Origin: an uncultured Leptospirales bacterium
GTDB lineage: Bacteria; Spirochaetota; UBA4802; JAKQUI01
Direction: 5' to 3'
NCBI GenBank assembly: GCA_964652955.1
Contig: CAZZCF010000006.1
Location: 10,460-74,459 of the forward strand
Length of the DNA: 64,000 nt
Shown here: in pieces, positions 10,068 through 19,123 of the stretch
Numbering within the stretch: the stretch's first letter is position 1
Layout of the letters: each line of letters starts with the position of its first letter
The notes under the pieces: model-generated
Databases searched by the model: none
The model's input: the letters and a program-made list of their open reading frames with translations, nothing else
What the model was told of the DNA's origin: nothing
Translations under genes and position numbers: made by a program

Positions 10068-10871
10068 GTGGTGATTATCGTTGGCGAAAAAATAAATACC
10101 AGCAGAAAGGAAATTGCAGAAGCTGTTGAACGCGGGGACAGTACCTCTATTGCTGAAGTGGCGCGAGCTCAGGCAGATGCCGGTGCTCATTATATTGACG
10201 TGAATGCCGGTACTTTTCTGGAACGGGAAGTTGAATTATTATCATGGCTGGTGGAGATCGTGCAGTCTGCTGTTGATCTCCCCCTGTGCATTGACAGCCC
10301 GAATCCGAAAGCGCTCGGCAGGGCAATGAAAATCCACCGGGGGGTTCCTCTCATCAATTCCATCTCCCTGGAGAAGGAGCGGTACGAGAGCCTTTTACCG
10401 GTTATCACTTCACAGCCATGTAAAGTGGTTGCTCTCTGTATGGCGCGGGTCTCAATGCCGACAACGTCAGGGGAGCGCATCGAAGTGGCATCCGAACTCA
10501 TTGCACGGCTCACCGGTGCAGGTATTGATCCGGAAGATATTTTTGTGGATCCGCTGGTTCAGCCGGTATCGGTGGATGTGAATATGGGTTCAGCAGTACT
10601 GAATGCAATAGCCGGCATCATGAAAAACTTTTCAGGGGTACATACTATCTGTGGGCTTTCGAATGTTTCGTTCGGTTTGCCGGCGCGACGTCTGATAAAT
10701 CGAAATTTTTTAACACTGGCAGTCCAATCCGGTCTCACAGCTGCAATCTGTGATCCCACCGACAAACGGCTCATGGCAGATCTGCTTGCGACAGAAATGC
10801 TGCTGGGTTCGGATGAATACTGTGCAAACTTCATAGATGCTTATCAGCAGGGGAGAATAGATCACGATTGA
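10068..10871 (+). CDS. pterin-binding-domain methyltransferase (methylcorrinoid:tetrahydrofolate methyltransferase, MtgA/MtrH-like)
   Basis: Starts V-I-I-V-G-E-K-I-N (GERIN-type pterin-binding N-terminus); 267 aa; first gene of the corrinoid cluster; GTG start. Confidence 0.7.
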   Translation: MVIIVGEKINTSRKEIAEAVERGDSTSIAEVARAQADAGAHYIDVNAGTFLEREVELLSWLVEIVQSAVDLPLCIDSPNPKALGRAMKIHRGVPLINSISLEKERYESLLPVITSQPCKVVALCMARVSMPTTSGERIEVASELIARLTGAGIDPEDIFVDPLVQPVSVDVNMGSAVLNAIAGIMKNFSGVHTICGLSNVSFGLPARRLINRNFLTLAVQSGLTAAICDPTDKRLMADLLATEMLLGSDEYCANFIDAYQQGRIDHD

Positions 10872-10906
10872 AAGCAGTTCAATCATGGAAGAGAGGTACA
10901 CTGCTC

Positions 10907-11542
10907 ATGAATTATGAACCGTTATTTGAAGCAGTAATAAAAGGAGATATTGAAACCGCGAAGGGGGAAACGGGTAAAGCTCTTGAATCGGGTGATGACC
11001 CGCAGAGCATACTTGATGATGTATTAATTGCCGCAATGGATGTTGTCGGTGATAAGTACGCCAAAGGACTCTTCTTTGTCCCTCAGATGCTTCGCTCCGC
11101 GAAAGCGATGCAGGGATGCGTTGAGTTGCTGAAACCGCATTTTCTGGGAAGCGCTGTCGTCACGAAGGGGACGATCGTAATAGGTGCGGTCAAAGGGGAC
11201 CTGCACGACATTGGCAAGAACCTGGTGGCAATGATGCTGGAAGGTGCTGGATTTACTATCGTTGACCTTGGCGTCGACATCGCCCCCGAAAGATTCGTCA
11301 GTGCCGTACAGGAAGAGAATGCAGATATAGTGGGGATGTCGGCGTTGCTCTCGACGACGATGTCCGCAATGCCTGAGACCGTACAGATGCTCTCGGAAAA
11401 AGGGATCAGAGATAAGGTCAAGGTGATGATCGGTGGTGCGCCGGTGACGAGAAAGTATGCTGCCGATATAGGTGCTGATTCCTATGCACCTGATGCCGGT
11501 TCTGCGGTAATAGAGGCGAAGAAGCTCCTTCATATTGAATGA
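10907..11542 (+). CDS. corrinoid (cobalamin-binding) protein
   Basis: B12-binding DxHxxG motif (GDLHDIGKNLV) and Rossmann-like B12-binding domain with N-terminal helical cap; ATG 10907 with RBS. Confidence 0.8.
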   Translation: MNYEPLFEAVIKGDIETAKGETGKALESGDDPQSILDDVLIAAMDVVGDKYAKGLFFVPQMLRSAKAMQGCVELLKPHFLGSAVVTKGTIVIGAVKGDLHDIGKNLVAMMLEGAGFTIVDLGVDIAPERFVSAVQEENADIVGMSALLSTTMSAMPETVQMLSEKGIRDKVKVMIGGAPVTRKYAADIGADSYAPDAGSAVIEAKKLLHIE

Positions 11543-11616
11543 TTAAGGCGTTGTTCGGAAGCTTACAGGGGGCATGATGCGGCTCCCTGAAATACTGTTT
11601 CAGAAAGAAGAGCACT

Positions 11617-13026
11617 ATGTTATTGGGTGATGATAAAATCGAACAGATAGATCAGGCGGGACGGCACATACTTGCCCATGCGGGAGTCAGGCTTCTCAGT
11701 GAAGGTGTTCTGAAAAGATTGCACGAAGCCGGGGCTTCTGTCGATCTGAACGAAGGCATCGTACGGTTCACGGGTGAATGGCTTGATGAGATTGTCGGGA
11801 ATGCACCCCGGATGTTCACCCTGTATTCTCGCGACGGGATGCATGACTTGAATATCGGTTCGGGAAGTGTTTATTTTGGCAACGGTGGACGTGTTTTCCG
11901 AATACTGGATATGAACACGGGTGGATTTCGATTGACCGTTCTCAAGGATGTTGCACACACAGCACGACTGGTAAATCTTCTTGAGAACATCCATTTTTAC
12001 ATTATTGCCTGTCAGGCACATGATATTTCCTCTGAGTTCTATCATTTGAATGATTTTTTTCAGGCCTTTCGTAATACGAGCAAACATGTCATGGGAGGGT
12101 GTGATAGCCTGCAGGGTGTCAGGCAGATGTGGAATCTCGCCTGTGCCGTTGCGGGGGATGAGAAGCGTTTACAGTCTGAGCCTTTTGTCTCGGTAATCAC
12201 TAATCCTATCAGCCCTCTCACCCTGGATAATAATACCCTTGAAATTCTCGAATTCTGTGCGCTCAAAGGGATTCCGGTAACCTGTGCTCCGGCTCCGATG
12301 GCAGGTGCAACATCGCCCGTTACTCTGGCAGGCACGCTTGCCCAGATGCATGCAGAGTCGTTGGCGGGGGTGGCCCTCACACAGGTCTTCCGCCCGGGGG
12401 CACCGGTGCTGTATGGTGCTGTCCCCACAGCGATGGATATGAGAACAATGGATCTCACCTTCGGCTCTGTGGAAACTGCTATGATGAATGTGAGTGCCGT
12501 TCAATTAGCCAAGCGCTATCATGTGCCGATTTATGCTTCGGCAGGAATGACCGATGCCAAGACGCCGGATATTCAGTCAGGCTTTGAAAAGGGGGTCTCT
12601 CTCCTTTTAGTCGGAATGGCAGGTGCGGAGTTCATACATCTTGCGGCAGGAATGCTGGATTCAGGCAACTCGATATCATATGAACAGTTTATCATCGACA
12701 ATGAAATACTTGGCATGGTCTACCGGGTTTTGAGAGGTATTGAGGTGAACGAGAATACGCTTGCTGTTGAATGTGTGGAGAAACTCGGTCCCGGCGGCAA
12801 CTATATGATGGAGGATCATACGGTCGAACATATGTTTGATGAATTCTTCTTTCCCTCTCTCTCTGTCAGAATGAATTTTGATTTATGGAAAGAGCGGAAT
12901 GAACCGACACCACTGAGCAGCGCTCGTGAGCTTGCTCGCGAATTATTACAGAACAATGAACCCGTTTTATCCCCCGATGAGATAGTGAGAATCGAAAAAC
13001 AATTTCCGGACATTGTGAATGTGTAA
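11617..13026 (+). CDS. MttB-superfamily methyltransferase (trimethylamine methyltransferase family, non-pyrrolysine member; quaternary amine:corrinoid methyltransferase)
   Basis: 469 aa with MttB-family length and N-terminal pattern; continuous ORF with no in-frame TAG, so a non-Pyl type like MtgB/MtcB/MtpB. Confidence 0.8.
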   Translation: MLLGDDKIEQIDQAGRHILAHAGVRLLSEGVLKRLHEAGASVDLNEGIVRFTGEWLDEIVGNAPRMFTLYSRDGMHDLNIGSGSVYFGNGGRVFRILDMNTGGFRLTVLKDVAHTARLVNLLENIHFYIIACQAHDISSEFYHLNDFFQAFRNTSKHVMGGCDSLQGVRQMWNLACAVAGDEKRLQSEPFVSVITNPISPLTLDNNTLEILEFCALKGIPVTCAPAPMAGATSPVTLAGTLAQMHAESLAGVALTQVFRPGAPVLYGAVPTAMDMRTMDLTFGSVETAMMNVSAVQLAKRYHVPIYASAGMTDAKTPDIQSGFEKGVSLLLVGMAGAEFIHLAAGMLDSGNSISYEQFIIDNEILGMVYRVLRGIEVNENTLAVECVEKLGPGGNYMMEDHTVEHMFDEFFFPSLSVRMNFDLWKERNEPTPLSSARELARELLQNNEPVLSPDEIVRIEKQFPDIVNV

Positions 13027-13062
13027 TTCCGGTGTCTTTCGTTCGTTTGAGAACGCGGTGTA

Positions 13063-15003
13063 ATGAAAAAACCGAAGAAGAATAAAAAAGGGAAAAAGAA
13101 GAGACAGTATCGTACTCCGCCGTCTGTCAGGAAAAAAGAGAAAAAATTCGTATGGCTGAACGTTCTGCCTGACAATATCTGGGTAAAGGCAAAACGGGGG
13201 GAAACGGTACTGGAAGCCCTGCGGGATACCGATCTGGATCTGGAAGGTGATTGCGGGGGTCTCGGAAAATGCGGGAAGTGCAAGATCAGGGTTATCACAT
13301 CTATCGGAGCTCCTTCCCCCGAGGAATCTGAGCTCTTGAAAAAGGAAGAGCTGGAAGCAGGTGTTCGACTTGCGTGTCGAATCGTGCTCAAAAAGAATCT
13401 GGTCATTCATACGGAATTGGAGGATAGGGAAGTTGAGTTTTTCCAAATCCTCAAGCATGGCGATCTCCCTGAAATGCGGCGTGATCCTCTCCTCGAGTCA
13501 GTTTCACTGACGCTCCCGTCACCGAGTTTGGAGAATCCTTCTTCCGATTTCCAGCGAATTCGGAAAGCACTCGGTCCCGAGTACCGAGACCTGAGTATAA
13601 CGTATAACTGTCTTTCATCGATTCATGATGAACTCCGTACAAATGATTATGCAGGTACCGCTATTATACATAAGAACTGTCTGCTCGACTGGCACTACAG
13701 AAAGAGTACGGGCGGTACATTTGGCATTATCTTTGATATGGGAACGAGCACCCTGGTTGGCAAGCTGATAAACCTGGAGGAGGGCGATGAAGTTGCTGTC
13801 GCATCCCGGTATAATTCTCAGAGAAAATACGGCAGCAATATCATCAGCCGCATACAGCATGTAAAGGAGAATCGGGATGGCCTTTCGCGCATGCAGGCAC
13901 TTCTTGTGAGAGATTTGAATATTATTATACGGAATCTCGTTGAAGCTGCGGATGTGATGCCGGAAGACATTTTTATATCGGTTGCTGCTGGAAATACCAC
14001 CATGCAGCATTTCCTCCTGGGTATCGATCCCCGGAGCATTGCTGAAACTCCCTTTACACCGATCGTGACCGAGGGAGTCACCTTTAATGCTCGAGATATC
14101 GGATTAAACCTCAATCGCAATGCAATCCTGTATATTATGCCTGCCAAGTCGGGGTATATCGGTGGGGATCTCATCGGATTTATTCTCGCCTCGAAAGCAG
14201 CGGAACAGGAAGAGAAGATAGTATTGGGTATGGATTTCGGAACAAACGGTGAGATATTCCTTGGCAATAAGAGAAGAATTATCACCTGCTCGGCTGCTGC
14301 CGGACCGGCTCTTGAGGGAGAGAAGATTACTCATGGAATGATCGGGAAAGCCGGTGCCATTGAGCGGTTCCATTTTCATGAAAATAACCTGGCCTATCAC
14401 GTGATCGGAAATATCAAACCGAAAGGGCTCTGCGGCAGCGGTTTGGTCGATATCGTCGCGATACTCCTGCACCACGGTTTTATTGATACGGAGGGTCTTC
14501 TCGGGCCGATTTCCGAGGGGGGGATGAACGATTTCATGGAGTCTCGTTTGATAAGCAACCCGGAGAGCGGGGTATATGATTTCCTGATTGCTTCTCCTGA
14601 TGAAAGTTTTACGGGAGAGCCGATATATTTGCAGCAGACCGATATCCGCGAGTTGCAACTTGCGAAGAGCGCTATCGCGGCCGGCACTAACATACTGCTC
14701 AGAACAATGGGATTGGAAATGACGGATGTCGATACGATATACCTGGCGGGAGCCCTGGGAAACTACGTGCACCCCTACAGTGCCATGAGAATCGGTTTGA
14801 TCCCGATATCTGATCCTGAGAAGATCTCATCCCTGGGAAACGCAGCTTCGATCGGTGCCAATATGGTGCTCCTTTCGAAATATTACTGGGAGAGGGCAAC
14901 TGAAATTACCGATTCAATAGAAAATGTGGAGTTGTCGAATCATCCCGATTTTTTTGATCTCTTCATTTCTGAAATGGATTTTCACGATCTGAATCTGTGG
15001 TAG
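13063..15003 (+). CDS. corrinoid reductive activase (RamA/RACo family: N-terminal 2Fe-2S ferredoxin domain plus ASKHA ATPase)
   Basis: Ferredoxin Cys cluster (CGGLGKCGKCKI ... C); large ASKHA-like ATPase body; 646 aa; unusual lysine-rich N-terminal extension. Confidence 0.8.
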   Translation: MKKPKKNKKGKKKRQYRTPPSVRKKEKKFVWLNVLPDNIWVKAKRGETVLEALRDTDLDLEGDCGGLGKCGKCKIRVITSIGAPSPEESELLKKEELEAGVRLACRIVLKKNLVIHTELEDREVEFFQILKHGDLPEMRRDPLLESVSLTLPSPSLENPSSDFQRIRKALGPEYRDLSITYNCLSSIHDELRTNDYAGTAIIHKNCLLDWHYRKSTGGTFGIIFDMGTSTLVGKLINLEEGDEVAVASRYNSQRKYGSNIISRIQHVKENRDGLSRMQALLVRDLNIIIRNLVEAADVMPEDIFISVAAGNTTMQHFLLGIDPRSIAETPFTPIVTEGVTFNARDIGLNLNRNAILYIMPAKSGYIGGDLIGFILASKAAEQEEKIVLGMDFGTNGEIFLGNKRRIITCSAAAGPALEGEKITHGMIGKAGAIERFHFHENNLAYHVIGNIKPKGLCGSGLVDIVAILLHHGFIDTEGLLGPISEGGMNDFMESRLISNPESGVYDFLIASPDESFTGEPIYLQQTDIRELQLAKSAIAAGTNILLRTMGLEMTDVDTIYLAGALGNYVHPYSAMRIGLIPISDPEKISSLGNAASIGANMVLLSKYYWERATEITDSIENVELSNHPDFFDLFISEMDFHDLNLW

Positions 15004-15146
15004 CTCCCGGAACGTGAGAACGGATTGACGGCGTCGCCTGAATCAGATGATATTTTTCAGAGATGCTTCCGCTTCGGTTCGGATGAATGTATCCGAAATA
15101 TATCTCTCTCTTCGAATGCCGTTGACAGGAGATGGCCAGTCGCCTG

Positions 15147-15902
15147 CTATGCTCCTCCGCTGATCTCCTGCTTCCTGTCCCTTCCGCTGTGAGAATGTGA
15201 AAGATGACGGTGAATTTCGTTTTCTATTTCTATTCTCTTTCGTATTCGCTCGGGAATTGCAGAGATGATGTTGAGAGGGGTGCGGAGGGTGGGGTGGGTG
15301 AATTGGAGTCGCCATGAGTGAAGACAGATTGCGTGATCGTCGAGCTGTTCGAGGGAACCATATTTCATGTCACCAACAACGGGCATGTGAACTGACGCGA
15401 GCTGAGCGCGAATCTGATGTTTTCTGCCGGTATACATCCTGACCAGGAGGAGTGCATATTTCTCGTTTCTCGATAGCGGCAGGTAGCTCAGAGCTGCCTC
15501 CTGAGCCCGAGGGTCCGTTCCGTTGACGATAACCGTTTTATCATGCTGCCGCGCAACCATCTGCTTGAGCTCGTGCCAGCCTTCGCTTTGCATCATCGAT
15601 TCGGTGTTTCCCGTATTGTGCACAAGGGCGAGATACAGCTTCAGCACGTTCCGTGTTTTGAACTCCCGGTGTAATCGCCGTGCTGCCTTCGTCGTTCTCG
15701 CAAACACCACCGCACCGGAAACCGGTTTGTCGAGGCGGTGCACCAGGCCGAGGTATACATTGCCGGGTTTTCCGTAGGCATTTTTAATATACGTTCTGAC
15801 CTGATCGAGCAGCGATTCCTCCCCGCTGAAGTCCCCCTGTATCAGCACGCCTGTCGGTTTCTCGACCGCTATGATGTGGTTGTCTTCGTAGAGAATGTTC
15901 AT
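15147..15902 (-). CDS. RluA-family 23S rRNA/tRNA pseudouridine synthase
   Basis: HRLDKPVSG catalytic motif; 251 aa. Confidence 0.8.
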   Translation of the reverse strand: MNILYEDNHIIAVEKPTGVLIQGDFSGEESLLDQVRTYIKNAYGKPGNVYLGLVHRLDKPVSGAVVFARTTKAARRLHREFKTRNVLKLYLALVHNTGNTESMMQSEGWHELKQMVARQHDKTVIVNGTDPRAQEAALSYLPLSRNEKYALLLVRMYTGRKHQIRAQLASVHMPVVGDMKYGSLEQLDDHAICLHSWRLQFTHPTLRTPLNIISAIPERIRKRIEIENEIHRHLSHSHSGRDRKQEISGGA

Positions 15903-16214
15903 TGCTATTCAATTATATTTTTTAAATCTTTGAAGATTGATCTGATATTACCCTTTGTAGAAAGATGAACTGTCTTTGACATCTGCCGCTTTCAGGTGCA
16001 ATGCGTGTACTGCGGATCCCCCTTGCTGAATATGCAACAGGGCAGGGTGCTCATAGAAAATCATTGAATTAGATGCATACTATAAAGTACAGTATTTTCT
16101 GTGCACAGGAAAGGCCTTTTATGTAAAATACGCAACAGTGTACTATTTGTTTCACGCCCTGGTATCTTGAGGTACAGAGATGCTACTGTTCTTTTTCTCC
16201 GCAGGAGGCTCAAC

Positions 16215-16712
16215 ATGCACAATGCTCGGTACTGGATTGACAGACTTGGACTTGAGCGACATCCGGAGGGAGGCTATTTCAGGGAAACCTATCGGTCCGG
16301 GGAGGTTGTCAGCAGGGAATGTCTCCCCGGACGGTATTCCGGTGATCGCTCATTTTCAACAGCCATTTACTTTCTCTTAACGGGTGATGATGTCTCACGC
16401 CTTCACCGAATCAGGTCTGATGAAATCTGGCATTTCTACTCAGGCTCTTCGCTGATCATACACATAATAAACGGGGAGGGGGCCTGTACGACGATTACGC
16501 TCGGCAATAGCATCGAAGGGGGTGAATGCTTCCAGGCTGTGGTGCAGGCCGGATGCTGGTTCGGTGCGACGGTCGCCGATCGCTCCTCTTATTCCCTGGT
16601 CGGCTGTACCGTTTCGCCCGGCTTTGATTTCGATGATTTTGAGCTTGGTAAAAAAGAGGTTCTCATGAAGCAGTACCCGCAGCATGGCTCTCTAATCGAT
16701 AGGTTGTGTTGA
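16215..16712 (+). CDS. cupin-domain protein (DUF985 / YML079-like)
   Basis: ATG 16215 preceded by GCAGGAGG; motifs RLGLERHPEGGYFRETYRS and a cupin beta-barrel pattern. Confidence 0.6.
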   Translation: MHNARYWIDRLGLERHPEGGYFRETYRSGEVVSRECLPGRYSGDRSFSTAIYFLLTGDDVSRLHRIRSDEIWHFYSGSSLIIHIINGEGACTTITLGNSIEGGECFQAVVQAGCWFGATVADRSSYSLVGCTVSPGFDFDDFELGKKEVLMKQYPQHGSLIDRLC

Positions 16713-16750
16713 GCGTCTCCCGGATGGCAGTCGGTGTTCCCCGGATTGCC

Positions 16751-17269
16751 CTATTGAGCGGTGGAGCAGAGAAGCTCTTCTATGGTATCGAAATCGGATT
16801 CCGGGCACTGTTCTGGAGAAGCCTCCCCTTTGCTCACGGCAGCGGCGAAAGCCATGCAGCTGGGATATCCGCACTTCTTGCAGTTTGTCTGGGGTAATCG
16901 CTTGAAGATTTCGAGAACGGGAATGTAGGTATGAGTGGTATAATTCGGTTCAAGGGATTCCATTCGCGACTCAAGGTCATTGAGAAATTCAATGAGGCGC
17001 TGAACGAAACGGAGAGCCTCCTCGCGCTCGAGAAAGGGGGCTGCGGCAGCGTGATCCGGATAGAGAGCGCAACCGATGCCATCGAGGTTGAATTTAATAT
17101 AGTGCGGATTCTCAAAGTACAGGGCATCGTCTATCCGAGCGTTGATATAGGGGAAGAGATGGCTGACATCACTGTCCAGCTTGAAGCGAGCAACCCTGAA
17201 TGCCACATTGGGATGGCAGTCCGGCGTTTTTAAGGTAAAATCTGAATAGTCGTTAATCATTTTCCTCAC
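16751..17269 (-). CDS. small protein with a C-terminal putative Fe-S cluster domain (PF04060-like, as found at the N-termini of RnfB and CdhD/AcsC)
   Basis: C-terminal CKKCGYPSCMAFAAAV ... CPE motif; 172 aa. Confidence 0.45.
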   Translation of the reverse strand: MRKMINDYSDFTLKTPDCHPNVAFRVARFKLDSDVSHLFPYINARIDDALYFENPHYIKFNLDGIGCALYPDHAAAAPFLEREEALRFVQRLIEFLNDLESRMESLEPNYTTHTYIPVLEIFKRLPQTNCKKCGYPSCMAFAAAVSKGEASPEQCPESDFDTIEELLCSTAQ

Positions 17270-17504
17270 CTCGTATCATGGTTGAGGTTGATGACTGATG
17301 CTTCGTCGATCTCTTTTCAGGATATGCTTATATCCTGTGCAAATTATTTCAGGGGAAGATATCCTGTCAAGGAAAACTCGGATCGGGAGCGGGAGAACAC
17401 ACTCGTCTGCTGCGTTTACTGCACCGGTATACCGCGATGCCGTAAAAGCGTTCCTGTTTTTTACGTTACCGCCAATAGTATCATTACAACTATTCAGCGT
17501 GCTC

Positions 17505-18419
17505 TTACTTGATGGCATACACGACCATCGAGCTGGTGAGGGAGAAGGCGCGGTACCTGATCTTGCTGAGCAGATGATAGAGGGTGATTCGCAGCCACTT
17601 TCGATAATCCAGTATCGAGGTGAAATTGTATCGTGATTTCAGGAGTTTTGGAAGCAGGCCAAACTCCACCGGATGAAAGAACTTTATTTTACTGAAACCG
17701 GTTTTTTCAAGCAGCATCGCAATATTGTATTTATTGAAATATGAAAAATGTCCGGGCAGAAAATACCGGTATCGCTTGCTGAGTATTCTCGCCTGAAGTC
17801 CGTTCATGTTGGCAGTCTGAATCACGAGCAGTCCGCCCTCGGTGAGCAGATCGTAGCATTCGGAAACCGCTCGGGCAGGTTCAGGTATGTGTTCCAGCAC
17901 CTCTATCATGGTAATAACTGAAAAGAAGTTGTGCCGAAAGGGGTGATCCTCGAGCGTGCCGATATGGATATTGTTCTTGCCGAATGCAGCCTGTGCTCCG
18001 GTCCCGGCGTAAGGTGATATATCGATGCCGAAGGGGGTATAGTATCGGGATAGGGTCTTCAAAAAGCCGCCAAAAGCGCAGCCGATATCCAGGACATTCC
18101 CCGCTTTCACGAAGGATCGGATTTTTTCTACCCTTTTTTCCCATACGTACTGTGAATGCCTTTCCGCCTTACGCTCATCGTAATAGGCATACTCCGCATG
18201 TCCGGTATAATAGCCCTCGCCGTAGAGGGCGGCGCGTGTTGAATCCATCAGGGGAGGATTCATAAAAATGAAGCCGCAGCTGAGGCACCGCTCTGTCCTG
18301 AAGGGGGGATCGTATCTTTTGATAAGGTGATGTTCAACGAGCTCTGTGCTCGAACAGAGGGGACAGCGGGTGAGTGGAGCGTCGTAGACGGTTCTGTCAG
18401 AGAATTCGAGATTTTCCAT
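17505..18419 (-). CDS. class I SAM-dependent methyltransferase with an N-terminal zinc ribbon
   Basis: CPLCSS ... CLSCG zinc ribbon followed by SAM-binding motif I (VLDIGCAFGGFL). Confidence 0.65.
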   Translation of the reverse strand: MENLEFSDRTVYDAPLTRCPLCSSTELVEHHLIKRYDPPFRTERCLSCGFIFMNPPLMDSTRAALYGEGYYTGHAEYAYYDERKAERHSQYVWEKRVEKIRSFVKAGNVLDIGCAFGGFLKTLSRYYTPFGIDISPYAGTGAQAAFGKNNIHIGTLEDHPFRHNFFSVITMIEVLEHIPEPARAVSECYDLLTEGGLLVIQTANMNGLQARILSKRYRYFLPGHFSYFNKYNIAMLLEKTGFSKIKFFHPVEFGLLPKLLKSRYNFTSILDYRKWLRITLYHLLSKIRYRAFSLTSSMVVYAIK

Positions 18420-18481
18420 GTTGTCTTTTGTTCATGATGATACGATAAACTTTCTCCTCGGGCGCAACCTGTGAGTCGTGC

Positions 18482-19123
18482 TTATTTCCGAGCCCAGAAG
18501 AACCAGTGTGAAATAATCGTCGCGGTATTTCCGAGCAGGCTTCGTTCCATAATCCCGTAACGTGAATCGCTGAAGGGGCTCAGGAGTGAACGCAATTCAT
18601 CTTCATTGTAAAATGACACGATGGTGTCCCGTATCGATTCGCAGTCGGTAATCCAGGTATTGTCGCCGAGATGCTTTCCGCTCTTCAGGTGAGTGTCCCG
18701 GTCCGTTCGAAGCGTTCCGAAGAGAATGCCCGGTGGTTTCAGAATGCGGCGAATCTCTTCGAGCATGATGACTGCATCCTGCTTTCGCGCGTAGTGAAGT
18801 GAACCCCATGATACTGCGATATCAGCGATTTCATTCTTCAGGGGGAGCTGTTCATTCTGTGCCAGGACAAGGCTCATCTGATATGTTTTGCACAGCTGAA
18901 GCGCTGACAGGCTCATATCAATCCCGATAATTCTCCCGATACCTCTCTCGGCGAGGAGCTTCATATGGCGGCCGCTCCCGCAGCCGAGGTCAACCGCAGT
19001 CATATCCGTCACGTCATTTCGGGAGCGCAGATAGTTCGAAATCATTCGAATGAGATTTTCATCCGGATACAGGAGAATTGATTTTTCTCTGTCATAGTGT
19101 TTATTCCATGATGATGAGGTCAT
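18482..19123 (-). CDS. class I SAM-dependent methyltransferase
   Basis: Motif I AVDLGCGSGRH; 213 aa; its start overlaps the ATP-grasp gene stop by 4 bp. Confidence 0.65.
   Translation of the reverse strand: MTSSSWNKHYDREKSILLYPDENLIRMISNYLRSRNDVTDMTAVDLGCGSGRHMKLLAERGIGRIIGIDMSLSALQLCKTYQMSLVLAQNEQLPLKNEIADIAVSWGSLHYARKQDAVIMLEEIRRILKPPGILFGTLRTDRDTHLKSGKHLGDNTWITDCESIRDTIVSFYNEDELRSLLSPFSDSRYGIMERSLLGNTATIISHWFFWARK

Noticed and set aside
11617-13026. Pyrrolysine (in-frame amber) in the MttB homologue
   Set aside because: The ORF is continuous over 469 aa with no internal TAG, so it is a non-Pyl MttB-family member.
12816-13458. ORFs 12816-13406(-) and 12967-13458(-)
   Set aside because: They are antisense to the MttB 3' end, the RamA 5' end and the A-rich lysine-coding leader, and their composition is driven by the opposite strand.
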